A DNA stretch of 64,000 bases. Source: an uncultured Phycisphaerales bacterium. Its GTDB lineage: Bacteria > Planctomycetota > Phycisphaerae > Tepidisphaerales > Tepidisphaeraceae. The position numbers were made by a program, and so were the translations under genes. The notes below the pieces were generated by a model that worked only from the letters and a program-made list of their open reading frames with translations, was not told where the DNA came from and made no database searches. The DNA lies in contig CAWJPJ010000007.1 of the NCBI GenBank assembly GCA_963844715.1, positions 960,001-1,024,000 on the forward strand, read 5' to 3'. Shown here piece after piece: positions 18,536-28,754 of this stretch (positions are counted from its first letter, which is position 1; each line of letters opens with the position of its first letter).

Positions 18536-20902
18536 TCATTGCCCCGGAATTCGCTGAGATCTACCGGCCTGTTTCTTCCGCCGTGGAACAACCAAGAACA
18601 CGATACCGAATGCCGCCAGTAAGGGGGCGTTGATACCCAACATCCAGAGCATCCTCAATCGGGCGCTCGGCAGCACCGGCTCGTTCACACCCAGGTCCGC
18701 CAGAGTGAACTTTTCCTCGCCGATGGGGCCAAAATTGATGGAGTCGACGGAAATTTTGGTCTCTGCCGTGCGGCTTTCCGGCTGCCACTTCTTCGTCTCC
18801 CATCGATCGATGGATTTTATTTGTGGCGGATCGCTACCCAGATATTCAATGCGTTGCTCAATTGACGGGTGGGGGCCATTGGGACTCATACTCCCGGAGA
18901 GCTCGGGCCAGGTAAACCCTGCCAGGGCCCAACTGTCCGGCAGGAAATAGAACTGGACTTGATTATGCGGCTGGCCGGAATAATTTACGTCCGCCACAAT
19001 ATCCACCACTGAAACGCCATCAAGAAACATAGTCTTGGCGGATACCAGAGTGACGGCGGGGTCGCTTATAAAAGTTCGCACATCGACCGCGTCAACGTGG
19101 CAAATCCCATACAGGGGAACGCAATCGGTCGCACCTCTTTTCAAAAACTCATCTTCTTCGATGCATCCAAAGGCGGTAATCGTGAAATGCCGCTCGGCGC
19201 CGGCTTTCTGAATATCAAAGAATTTTTCGCTGCTTCCTCCCAGCACCCTGACGGCGCTATAGGTTGGAAGGGATGGATCTCTACCCACAAATGTTTGAGA
19301 TTTTCTAAAGTGATCGCCATCGCGCAAGTATTCGCAGTGAAATTGCCACTTAACGCCGCCATTATCATCAAAAACCGTTTCCGTCGTTTGAATATCTACC
19401 TGGCCGTAGGCCGCATTGAGCTTGTTGGCTGCCGCCGGATATTCCTGGCGAAATCGATCGAGGAGGTCGGCCTTGCACTCCTCGGGCGCGGCCATTGTAA
19501 TCCAACCGGCGAGGAGTACGACCGATAGCGCTCCGAGTTTGGGGACGATGATCGCCTGACGACCAGGATGCCTTGGCGCGCTACCGGCGTGCAAAGACGC
19601 GAAGCACCGGCGGTGGATGGGAGACCCGCGATTCTTGGCAGTTTTCGGTGTTCCGGCGTTCTTGGTATGACGATTACGACCGGGCAATTCCAACGGCGAT
19701 GCAGAGGAGGTTTGCCAAGCCCTTAGGAAACAGTACAGGCTCAATAACGCAAGGCAGGTGGCCCTCAAGATCAAGAGGTTCTCCACCGCGTACAGGTGCT
19801 GCCAGGATTTCAACTGCAACAGATTATCGTAACACCAGGGATAGACCGCGCCGGTCACCGCAAAGATGGTTAAAACCAAGAACCGAACTGTTGCGGTCTG
19901 CAGCGCGTTTTCTGCGGCGGGCAGGATGATTAACATCGGCAGAATAAAGATGAAGTACTGTGGAGAGAGGACTTTGCTGAACAGCAGGGAAGCCAGGAGT
20001 ACGCCGCAAAGCAAAAATGAAAGCGAGCCGGAATTCATTCGTCGCCGCACCGCCATCAAAGCGCTCAACAATACAACGGCGGCCAGCAGCGCCACGGAGC
20101 CGTGAATTAAAAGCTGCTCATAGGGCGTATGAAGATTTGCGCTTCCGAAGTCGTCGGTGACCTCGCCGGGCACGCCGAACCACATCAGAACCATTTCGAC
20201 TAATGCCGGAGTCGATTCAAGTTGGATTCCCCGGTTGAAATGATATTCGAGGAGCCATTGAAAATGGTAACCGCCCATTGCCGCGACGATAGCGAAGGAA
20301 AGAATGGTGGGCAGGAAAAGCAGCGCGGCGCATTTGACCAAAGATTTCAGGCCATGTTTGAGCTCGAATGCCAATATCGCCGGGGCTAAGACGATCGGGA
20401 CGAACTTGAATGCGATACCCAATCCAAGTGCCAGATGAAAAAGGTTATTTCGCCCTTTGAGAAGGGCCGCAAACGCGACAAACAGCATACCGCCCAAGAC
20501 GATGTCAACGTGGTCATAAAACAGATGCCCAATGGCCGTGGAACACAAAATGTAAAGGATGAGATTTCCCTTGCTCGTTCTGCATACGTGAAGCAGGTAA
20601 ATCCAAATCCCGCAGTCCACCGCGCAACACATGATGCGGAAAAGCGGGAAATACCACTTCAGCGACTCGTCCAGCAGGGCCGGCAGAATTGTGAACGAGA
20701 ATACGAGCGGCGGATACTCGGGAAAGAAATCTCGAAACGGGAGGGCTCCCCGGTTAATCTGCGCGATATAGCCGGCATGAACATTCAGATCAGTGCCATA
20801 TCCTGCCAGGAATAAAAAGATGATCGCTCGCGACACGACGAACAAAATCCAAAGCCAGACTGCCGGATATCGTGCAAAGAAAGATATAAACGATTGGCGC
20901 AT
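18536..20902 (-). CDS. GT87/DUF2029-like membrane glycosyltransferase (first ~400 aa) read through into a second hypothetical exported, membrane-anchored protein
   Basis: LPFRDFFPEYPPL, GIAFKFVPI, RGIQLES and KVLSPQY are GT-C/GT87 motifs; a low-quality linker then a new hydrophobic signal-like segment suggests two genes. Confidence 0.65.
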   Translation of the reverse strand: MRQSFISFFARYPAVWLWILFVVSRAIIFLFLAGYGTDLNVHAGYIAQINRGALPFRDFFPEYPPLVFSFTILPALLDESLKWYFPLFRIMCCAVDCGIWIYLLHVCRTSKGNLILYILCSTAIGHLFYDHVDIVLGGMLFVAFAALLKGRNNLFHLALGLGIAFKFVPIVLAPAILAFELKHGLKSLVKCAALLFLPTILSFAIVAAMGGYHFQWLLEYHFNRGIQLESTPALVEMVLMWFGVPGEVTDDFGSANLHTPYEQLLIHGSVALLAAVVLLSALMAVRRRMNSGSLSFLLCGVLLASLLFSKVLSPQYFIFILPMLIILPAAENALQTATVRFLVLTIFAVTGAVYPWCYDNLLQLKSWQHLYAVENLLILRATCLALLSLYCFLRAWQTSSASPLELPGRNRHTKNAGTPKTAKNRGSPIHRRCFASLHAGSAPRHPGRQAIIVPKLGALSVVLLAGWITMAAPEECKADLLDRFRQEYPAAANKLNAAYGQVDIQTTETVFDDNGGVKWQFHCEYLRDGDHFRKSQTFVGRDPSLPTYSAVRVLGGSSEKFFDIQKAGAERHFTITAFGCIEEDEFLKRGATDCVPLYGICHVDAVDVRTFISDPAVTLVSAKTMFLDGVSVVDIVADVNYSGQPHNQVQFYFLPDSWALAGFTWPELSGSMSPNGPHPSIEQRIEYLGSDPPQIKSIDRWETKKWQPESRTAETKISVDSINFGPIGEEKFTLADLGVNEPVLPSARLRMLWMLGINAPLLAAFGIVFLVVPRRKKQAGRSQRIPGQ

Positions 20903-20948
20903 CGGCTAAGGGAGGTCATGGGAAGTCAGCCTGGTTAGGCACGGGCAT

Positions 20949-21149
20949 TTAGCCTTTGCCGCCATCCTTCTTTTCCGATTGCTGGATGAGATATTCCATC
21001 ATACGCCTCACTCTTTGTGCATCCTTCCGCACTTCGTCGCGCTGGGAATCTGTCCAGCCACTCATCGGGCCGGCCTTCAATCTTTTTGCGACTCGCTCCT
21101 GAAGCCCTTCCAATTCCCTTTGAAAGTCAATCGAATTATTATAATCCAT
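20949..21149 (-). CDS. Small helical hypothetical protein (66 aa)
   Basis: RBS AGGAG before ATG 21149; amphipathic, charged sequence. Confidence 0.55.
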   Translation of the reverse strand: MDYNNSIDFQRELEGLQERVAKRLKAGPMSGWTDSQRDEVRKDAQRVRRMMEYLIQQSEKKDGGKG

Positions 21150-21278
21150 AAAGCGCTCCTGCACCCGAAAACGGCGGAATTCTAGCCCAGGATCATTAAT
21201 TAAACGACTAAATGTCAAACTGATCCACTACCGCTTTGCCGCCGCCTTTGAAGATGGGCGGAGAGATCGGTAAGTTGC

Positions 21279-23111
21279 TTGATACGCATGAAGGCGACGT
21301 GGAAATTCACAATCCTGCCGGGGGCGCTGCTTGCTTTGATGATTTTTGTTTCGTATTGGCCGGCGATGCGCGGGGGGTTTACGTTTGATGATTGCGCGCT
21401 GATCTCGCAAAACCAGTTGATTCATGCGGACAATGGTTTGTATCGAATTTGGTTCACCGCCGATGCGGTGGACTATTGGCCGATCACCTACTCGGCGTGG
21501 TGGTTGCAATGGCGGCTGTGGGGAGGGAAGGCCGCCGGGTTTCATGCGGTCAATGTGGGGTTGCATGCGATCGACACGATTTTGGTCTGGATGATCCTGC
21601 GGCGGCTGCGGGTTCCAGGGGCGTGGGCGGCGGCGGCGCTGTTTGCGGTTCACCCTGTCAATGTCGCGACGGTGGCGTGGATCGCCGAAACGAAAAATAC
21701 GCTGTCGATGCTCTTCTACTTGTGCTCGATTCTCGCCTACCTGCATTTTTCCGAAAAAGGATTTTGGAAGTGGTACGCCGTTTCACTGCTCACCTTTGCG
21801 CTGGCTCTGTTGAGCAAGACTTCGGTGGTGATGGAGCCCGTGGTGCTGCTGGGGCTTGCATGGTGGAAGTGCGGGCGCATCAGCGGCAAGGATGTGCGCT
21901 GCGCCGCGCCGTTCTTCGCCCTTTCGCTGCTCGGCGCGTGCGTGACAATCCTGCATCAGCATTCGCGGCTGCTGTACGAAAGCCCGGGGCAAGCGACCGG
22001 ATTCGCGGGTCGACTGGCGGTCGCGGGTTGGGCGCTTTGGTTTTATCTCTACAAGATCGTGCTGCCGCTGAACCTGATGCTGATTTATCCCAACTGGAAA
22101 GTCGATGAGGCGTGGTGGATCTCGTACGTCCCGGCGGCGGCGTTCATTGGCGCGCTGGGAATCCTTTGGTGGAAGCGAAGAACCTGGGGCCGGGCGGGGC
22201 TATGCGGCGTTGGCTATTTCGCGGTCATGCTGTTTCCGGTTTTGGGTTTTTTTCATCAATACTGGCAGATCTACTCGCGCGTGGCGGATCAGTGGCAGTA
22301 TTGCGCCATGATCGGCGTGCTGGCGTTATTGACGGCAGGGGCGGCGAAGGCGGGGGGGCGGATGAATATTCCCGGGAGATCTATGGGAGCGATCATCGCC
22401 GTCGCGGTGTTTGTGTTTCTGGGCGTGGGGACGTGGAAGCGCAGTGCGCTGTTTGCCGATGAGGAATCGTTGTGGCGCGATAACATCGCAAAAAATCCCC
22501 AGGCATGGGTTGCGTACAATAATCTGGGCGGCTTGCTTGGGGCGCAAAACAGAATCGACGAAGCGATCCAAGTGTTCAACGAGGCGATCCGGGTCAAGCC
22601 AGATTATGTCGAAGCATATAACAACCGTGGAAACGCGCTGGTTGTTGCGGGAAAGATCGATGAAGCGATGGCGGATTATCGGCACGCATTGAGTATTTAT
22701 CCGGCGAGCGCCGACGCGATGATGCATATCGGGGAGATTTACTGGCGACAGGGCCACGCGCGGGAAGCGATCGAATATTGGAAAGAGGCGCTGGAGTACG
22801 AGCCGGATTCGATCGACGTGGTGAATAACCTCGCCTGGGCGTTGGCGACGGCCGATCCGAGCGACGGCGGCGATCCGTCGCAAGCCGTTACGCTCGCACG
22901 GCACGCGTGCGAGCTGACGGATAATCGGGAGGCGACGTATTTGGACACGCTGGGCGTCGCTTACGCGGCCGATGGAAAGTTTGGCGACGCGGTGGACACG
23001 GCCCGGAAGGCGATTGACCTGGCCCGGTCGCACGGGGACGAGCAATTGGCCAGCAGAATCCAAGGGCGGTTGGATTTGTATCAGGCCGGGAAAGCTTACC
23101 GCGTGCGATAG
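21279..23111 (+). CDS. TMTC-like GT-C membrane protein with C-terminal TPR repeats
   Basis: N-terminal FTFDD, YWPIT, FHAVNVGLH, LFAVHPVNVATVAWIAE motifs; multiple TM helices; TPRs (AYNNLG, AYNNRG, NNLAW). Confidence 0.85.
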   Translation: MIRMKATWKFTILPGALLALMIFVSYWPAMRGGFTFDDCALISQNQLIHADNGLYRIWFTADAVDYWPITYSAWWLQWRLWGGKAAGFHAVNVGLHAIDTILVWMILRRLRVPGAWAAAALFAVHPVNVATVAWIAETKNTLSMLFYLCSILAYLHFSEKGFWKWYAVSLLTFALALLSKTSVVMEPVVLLGLAWWKCGRISGKDVRCAAPFFALSLLGACVTILHQHSRLLYESPGQATGFAGRLAVAGWALWFYLYKIVLPLNLMLIYPNWKVDEAWWISYVPAAAFIGALGILWWKRRTWGRAGLCGVGYFAVMLFPVLGFFHQYWQIYSRVADQWQYCAMIGVLALLTAGAAKAGGRMNIPGRSMGAIIAVAVFVFLGVGTWKRSALFADEESLWRDNIAKNPQAWVAYNNLGGLLGAQNRIDEAIQVFNEAIRVKPDYVEAYNNRGNALVVAGKIDEAMADYRHALSIYPASADAMMHIGEIYWRQGHAREAIEYWKEALEYEPDSIDVVNNLAWALATADPSDGGDPSQAVTLARHACELTDNREATYLDTLGVAYAADGKFGDAVDTARKAIDLARSHGDEQLASRIQGRLDLYQAGKAYRVR

Positions 23112-23271
23112 AGCGGGCGTCGCGATCGAAACTTTCGCCCGGCCTTTCGAAAAATCAACCGTTTAGGCCGGCGGAGCCTTCTCCGAACACCGCCCCGCGA
23201 CTTAACATTATGCGGTTGGAAATCGCCGCCTCCGAATCGATGCCGCGGGTGATCCCGTTGTGCAGTCGGGG

Positions 23272-24461
23272 TCATCGAACCGCGGTATATCCCCCGCGCA
23301 CGCCCTGTTTCGATAGGACGACTTGCCAAAGCTGATACTTGCGGCATCGAAACGCCCCGGCACAACTGTGTAGGTAGTATTTCCACATTCGATAAAAGCG
23401 CGGGCCGTATTTTTGCTCGATCGCCGGCCAGCCCCGCTCGAAATTGGCGAACCACGCCATCAGCGTGGTGTCATAATCCGCGCCGAAATTATGCAGGTCC
23501 TCGATCACGAAAATACCGTCGATGGCCGCGCCGAGGTGTTTGAGTGACGGCATGACCGCGCCGGGAAAAATGTGTTTTTCGATCCAGGAAAGTTCGCGAT
23601 CCTGGGTATTGGGATAGGTGTTTCGGGAGGCGATGAAGTGCAGCAGGAATAATCCGTCATCCCGCATACAGCGATGGGCCGTTTGCATAAAGCGGCGATG
23701 ATTTTTTGGTCCGACATGCTCCATGCATCCGACGGACACGACGTGGTCGAACGTCTCGTTGACATCGCGATAGTCCTGGAGCCGCACCTCCACCGGCAAT
23801 CCGCGGCACGATTCGGTCGCGTACTTAACCTGTTCGCTGGAGACGTTAATCGCGGCGACCGCCGCCCCATGCCGCTCGGCCGCATATTTGGCGAATCCTC
23901 CCCAGCCGCAGCCGATATCCAGAACCCGCTGCCCCTTGCGAAGGCCGATTTTTTGGCACGTCAGTTCCAGCTTGGCTTCCTGCGCCTCGTCCAGCGTGCG
24001 CGCGTTCTTCCAATAGCGCAGGTGTACAACATGCGCGGATCAAGCATGATCTGAAATAGATCGTTTCCCAGGTTGTAATGGGACTCGGCGTTGCGTCGCG
24101 CGCGGCGCGGGCCTTGAACGTTCCACAGTTTTTGAAGCAGATACGAACCCGTGGCTCGAAGATCGAAAGGAAGCCGGCTCGCAACATTGGCCCGAAGCGC
24201 GCGATCGAAAAACTGGTCGAGCGCATCGCAATCCCACCACTGATCGATATATGCGTCACCCAGCGCCGTCACGCCGCCGACGAGCACCCGGCGAAACAGG
24301 CGCGCGTCGTTGACGCGAATGTCCCATGGCCGGTCGCCCCCGATGCGAATATCGGCGGTCGCCAGCACATCGTTCACGCGCTGGGCCCATCGGGGCGTCG
24401 CCGCTCCGGGGGAAATTTCGCCGGCTTGGGCCACGCTGTACGAGGCCGTATTCTCTGCCAT
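23272..24461 (-). CDS. cfa: Cyclopropane-fatty-acyl-phospholipid synthase; frameshifted
   Basis: RPWDIRV, HYNLGNDLFQIMLDPRMLYTC, SVGCMEHVG, WIEKHIFPG, LHNFGADYDTTLMAW, RMWKYYL..CAGAF. Confidence 0.92.
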
Positions 24462-24483
24462 GGGCTACCATCCTTTTCCAGCT

Positions 24484-25332
24484 TTACACTGAAACGCTGT
24501 CGTTGCTGAGCGCGGTATTCTTTTTGGCGGTTGGAGTTAGTTCAGTTGGCTCGCCCTTGACGGTAAGACGGGCGGGGTGCCCGAACCAGCCGCGTTGGCC
24601 GTGGGCATACTTCGTTTCCATCGTCGCGACGACTTCAGCCAGGGTTCCATCGGCCGGCGCCCATCCCTGCTCGATATCGGGAAAATCGACGGCGCAATTC
24701 GCGCATTTCTTTTCGCTGGAAAAACGGATCGGACACCAGTACGACTCGACGTTACGAAGCATTTCCGAACCAAGCGACCAGACCCCGGTCATCCAATCGC
24801 AATATAAACACCAGATCAAGTCGTGCCCGACCAGGCCGCTGAACTTGTGCCGCGAGACGTTGACCCAATCCGCGCCGCGGTAGCTCGGCAGCCCCACGAG
24901 CCAGGTGATCGGTGGCCAGACAACGACCTCGGCGACTCGAGTCAGCCAGAAGATCGGGGTGACTGTCGCGGTGAACCAAAGGGCGGCCATATTCCGCCAT
25001 GGGCTGCTCAGGCGATTGCTGAGTTTGACGATCCGCGGACCGCGCCGCGCAGCGGGATTTGCCAGTTCGTGAAAAGCGGTCCAGATCATGGCCCCGGCCA
25101 CCTGCCCCGCGATCGCCGCAAAAAAACCGCGCCAGTCGGCTACTGCCAGCCCGGCGACAAGAGGCGCGATCATGAAATAGGTGACTACCCAATCCAGCCC
25201 CGGTGCCCTGCAAAGGGCAGCCGAAAGGCGCGCTCCTGGCCGTCCCATACGGGGAATCAGATGTAACACACCCGCCCCCAAAACCATCGCTGCCGCGGTG
25301 CAACCCGCCACCGCAAAGAAGGGATTTAACAT
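24484..25332 (-). CDS. Conserved hypothetical membrane protein with Cys motifs
   Basis: Several TM segments; WCLYCDWMTG and ESYWCPIRF..KCANC; ends 23 bp upstream of cfa on the same strand. Confidence 0.75.
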   Translation of the reverse strand: MLNPFFAVAGCTAAAMVLGAGVLHLIPRMGRPGARLSAALCRAPGLDWVVTYFMIAPLVAGLAVADWRGFFAAIAGQVAGAMIWTAFHELANPAARRGPRIVKLSNRLSSPWRNMAALWFTATVTPIFWLTRVAEVVVWPPITWLVGLPSYRGADWVNVSRHKFSGLVGHDLIWCLYCDWMTGVWSLGSEMLRNVESYWCPIRFSSEKKCANCAVDFPDIEQGWAPADGTLAEVVATMETKYAHGQRGWFGHPARLTVKGEPTELTPTAKKNTALSNDSVSV

Positions 25333-25487
25333 GGCGAATTCGGAGTATATCCACCGGCGGCCAAAAACGTACCATCCGGCCCGGCGAACGACAGGCGATG
25401 TAGGCTATCCGCCGGCGGACGATCCGCTGCTCGACACCGCCCGGCTGCCGCTCATCCGGCGATACCGATTCGACCGATAATTTGGGT

Positions 25488-26230
25488 ATGCTGCAAGCCG
25501 CTACCGCTGCTTCTGCCACGGAGTTCCAGCGCATCCGCCGGCACCTTCATGGCGTGTCTCCCTTCGAGGGTCTGGATGTAGGCAAATACCCGCTCGACCT
25601 GCACGGCTTCGGGCAGAACGCCCAGTTGTTCGACGAACTCGTTGGCGAACTGTCGCCCGGGTTGATCGTCGAAGTGGGAACCTGGTATGGAAAGTCGGCG
25701 GCGACCTGGGCGCAGGCGATTCTCCAGACCAACGCCGTGCGCAACAAGCAGGGGGGCGTATTGTGCGTCGACACCTGGCTGGGGCGCGGGAGATGTGGGA
25801 GCACCAGGGGGGCGCCGAAGGATGGTGGTCGTGCGCCGATATCTCCAATGACCGCCTGGCAAAGTCGCACGAGCGGCTTCGCCTCGTCAACGGCTACCCG
25901 CAGTTCTATCAGCAATTTCTAGCCAATATGGTTCATATGCATTTAGACGATGTGGTCGTCCCGTTTCCGACCACGTCCGTGATTGGCGGCCGATTCTTGC
26001 GCGACCATGGGTACAGCGCCGAGATCGTCTACGTCGACGGCTCGCATGAATACGACGATGCGCTGGCCGATCTGGAGCTTTACTGGCAAATCGTGGCCCC
26101 AGGCGGGGCGTTGGTCGGCGACGACATCTGGATCGACGACGTCCGCCGGGCCGTCGAGCGCTTCGCGTCCGCCGAAAACCTCACCCTCATTCCGGCTCAT
26201 CCCTGCTGGTACATTCGTAAGACCGCTTAG
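25488..26230 (+). CDS. Class I SAM-dependent methyltransferase (Methyltransf_24-like); one frameshift near 25785
   Basis: LIVEVGTWYGKSA, LCVDTWLG, IVYVDGSHEY, PGGALVGDD. Confidence 0.85.
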
Positions 26231-26270
26231 ATACCGAAGCAAGCGCAATTCCGTTGGGCAAAGCGCGGAA

Positions 26271-26311
26271 CTTCGGAATCGAGGGTTGGGGGTTCGACTC
26301 CCTCCGGGTGC
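26271..26311 (+). repeat. att site: 3' half of tRNA-Arg(UCG), copy 3
   Basis: 40/41 identical to copies 1 and 2; again begins at the CTTCGGA anticodon loop. Confidence 0.88.
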
Positions 26312-26315
26312 GTTA

Positions 26316-26990
26316 CTACACGCCGCCCTTGTGTGATCGCTTTCGCTTTTTCAGCCGTGCAAGATGCGCGTCCTGCTTGGCTCGATTTCCACAGACGGCC
26401 ATGCTGCACCAGCGCCGCCCATGGCGTCGCGTTTGATCGAGGAAGAAGAGAATGCAGTTCTGACCCTGGCATGCCTTGACGTAGCGAAAATCCGCCGTGG
26501 AAATGAATTTGGCGATCTCTTCGGCGATCGGTGAGAGCAATAATTCCGGCTTCCGCCATCGACGCCGCGCTCGCAGGTGAGAAATCGCCGGAGTTGGCTT
26601 GCCCGGGTTTGGGTTTGATGAGGGGGCGGGCCCGGGGGCGAGCGACCAATAGATTTCATCCATTGCCAAAAGCTCGTTAAGCGGCGCTAAATCATTCATA
26701 GCCCGCGGGTTGAGCGGCCGGCCCATGTGAGCCGTGACAAAGTCTCGGAACCACGTTCGCAGCCCTCGTGCCTTGGCGGCGACGCGGTCGAGTTCTTTGT
26801 GGGAGATGCTCGACTTGATCACGGCAATATCGTCGACGGTGAGCAGCCCCGCCTGCTTCATCCAGGACAAAAAGTCGCAGCCGTTGTCGATCCAGTCCAC
26901 TTCGTCGTGCACGGGCCTGGCCAGGGAATTCAGGAAATCCAAGCCGGTCATACCTGCGACGAAGATGGCGGGAGGAAGTGAAGTTTCCAT
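26316..26990 (-). CDS. ABATE domain / CGNR zinc-finger putative transcription regulator
   Basis: LDFLNS N-terminal ABATE motif; C..C..FFLDQTR..RRWCSMAVCGNRAKQ. Confidence 0.92.
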   Translation of the reverse strand: METSLPPAIFVAGMTGLDFLNSLARPVHDEVDWIDNGCDFLSWMKQAGLLTVDDIAVIKSSISHKELDRVAAKARGLRTWFRDFVTAHMGRPLNPRAMNDLAPLNELLAMDEIYWSLAPGPAPSSNPNPGKPTPAISHLRARRRWRKPELLLSPIAEEIAKFISTADFRYVKACQGQNCILFFLDQTRRHGRRWCSMAVCGNRAKQDAHLARLKKRKRSHKGGV

Positions 26991-27043
26991 GTTTACTCTA
27001 CTCCCCTGCGAATCGTGAATGGCTGAATCGGATCAGATCTGAT

Positions 27044-27091
27044 TAACCTGTAAAAAAGTCGCTTGACCGGTTAGAGTAGTGGGATTATGGT
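27044..27091 (+). promoter_or_regulatory. Sigma70-type promoter with overlapping inverted-repeat operator
   Basis: TTGACC(27063)-N17-TATGGT(27086); inverted repeat TAACCTGTAAA..TTGACCGGTTA (9/11) at 27044-27073. Confidence 0.6.
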
Positions 27092-27131
27092 TGCGCATCG
27101 CTGACCTGTTCTTCAAACTCGAAAGGTTAAC

Positions 27132-28000
27132 ATGACCATCAATTACAGAACCGCGAATGTCAATGGCATTAAAATTTTCTACCGGGAGGCGGGCAGTCCA
27201 AGCGCCTCCCACCTTGTTGCTGCTGCACGGATTTCCAAGCTCCAGCCACATGTTTCGCGAATCTCATTCCGATGCTGGCCGAGCAGATATCATCTCGTCG
27301 CGCCCGATTTCCCCGGCTTTGGGCAGTCCGGCATGCCGGATCGCAGCAAGTACCAGTACACGTTCGCGAACATCGCCGACACCATCGCGGGATTTACCGA
27401 CGCGGTCGGCCTTAAGAAGTTTGCCATTTATATCTTCGATTACGGTTCTCCGGTGGGCCTTGCGCATGGCCCTGAAATTTCCGGATCGAATCTCCGCCAT
27501 CATCTCCCAAAATGGAAACGCCTACGAGGAAGGGTTGAGCAATGGATGGGATCCGATCCGAGCCTATTGGAAGGACCCCTCCCAGGCCAATCGCGACGCT
27601 TTGAGGGCGTTCCTTAAACCTGAAACGACGATCTTCCAGTATACCCACGGCGTCGCGGACACCAGCCTGGTCTCGCCTGACGGCCGCTCATTGGACGACT
27701 TTTATCTCGCGCGGCCCGGCGCGGACGAAATCCAGTTGGACCTTTTCAAGGATTACGCCAGCAACGTCGCGCTTTATCCGCAGTTTCAGGAGTATTTCAG
27801 GAAGTCACCAGCCGCCGCTGCTGGCGGTTTGGGGGAAGAATGATCCGTTCTTTCTTCCCGCCGGCGCGGAGGCGTTCAAGCGCGATATCCCAAAGGCGAC
27901 GGTGCAATTCTTTGACACGGGACATTTCGCGCTCGAAACGCACTGCCGCGAAATAGCCGACGCGATTGTCCCGTTTCTGGCCGGAGCCGTTGGCAACTGA
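27132..28000 (+). CDS. Alpha/beta hydrolase (epoxide hydrolase/dehalogenase-like); frameshifted
   Basis: IFYREAG, LLLHGFPSSSHMFR, APDFPGFG, FDYGSPVG, SQNGNAY, WGKNDPFF, TGHFALE. Confidence 0.88.
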
Positions 28001-28025
28001 TCGACCGTCGCGTGGGAATCTGGAT

Positions 28026-28729
28026 ATGCCTAATTCCAAAATAACCGTCGTTCTGGTTCACGGCGCCTGGGCGGAATGCGCGAGTTGGGCCGAAATCATT
28101 CTTCCTTTGCAAAAGCAGGGACTCGGAGTGGTCTGCGCGCCGATTCCGCTGACGAGTCTTAAGGATGATGTTGGCCGCGCTGGATCGAGTCGCTGGCCCG
28201 GATTGAGGGCGACATCGTCCTCGTTGGGCATGCATATGCCGGCGCCGTCATCGGCGCCACGAAGAATGAGCGCGTAAAGCTGCTCGTTTATGTGGCCGCC
28301 CTCGCGCCGGACGAGGGAGAAACCGTGGCGGATGTGTTTTACCGGGAACCACCCCACGCCCAGGCCCCAAAACTGGCTCCCGATGAGCGACGGATTCATT
28401 TGGATGCCGCCCGAAGGCTTCGAGCACGCGTTCGCCCAGGATGCGGCCCCCGAAATGAAGTCGGTACTGCTCGCCACGCAGCGGCCGATCAACGTCGAAG
28501 TGCATTCAGGAGAAAGCTCCCCGGCCGCTTTGGAAGGACAGGCCGGTCGTGGTTCCTCGTCGCCGAGAATGATCGAATGATTCCCGCCAAGACCCAGCAT
28601 TTCCAGGCCGGGCGCATGGGGGCCACGGTGCGCGCTCATGCCGTCGATCATTCGCCGATGCTGACGGCTCCGGGCACAGTCGTCGAGGTTCTCCTCGAAG
28701 CGATCCGAACCATCTGGAAAGACGCATAG
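28026..28729 (+). CDS. Alpha/beta hydrolase (Abhydrolase_6 type); frameshifted
   Basis: VVLVHGAWA, LVGHAYAG, YVAALAPDEGE, SWFLVAENDRMIP, DHSPM. Confidence 0.85.
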
Positions 28730-28754
28730 ACGTCTTATCGCCGAAAGGGGAACC

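Noticed and set aside
25330..25333. Head-to-head genes sharing a CATG start
   Set aside because: The plus-strand frame from 25331 stops at 25480 and has no motif; the methyltransferase more plausibly starts at ATG 25488
2032..26311. Three intact tRNA genes, or a CRISPR-like repeat array
   Set aside because: Each copy lacks the 5' acceptor strand and D-arm, and spacing of 4 kb and 20 kb is incompatible with CRISPR; no cas genes or regularly spaced short repeats were seen in the window
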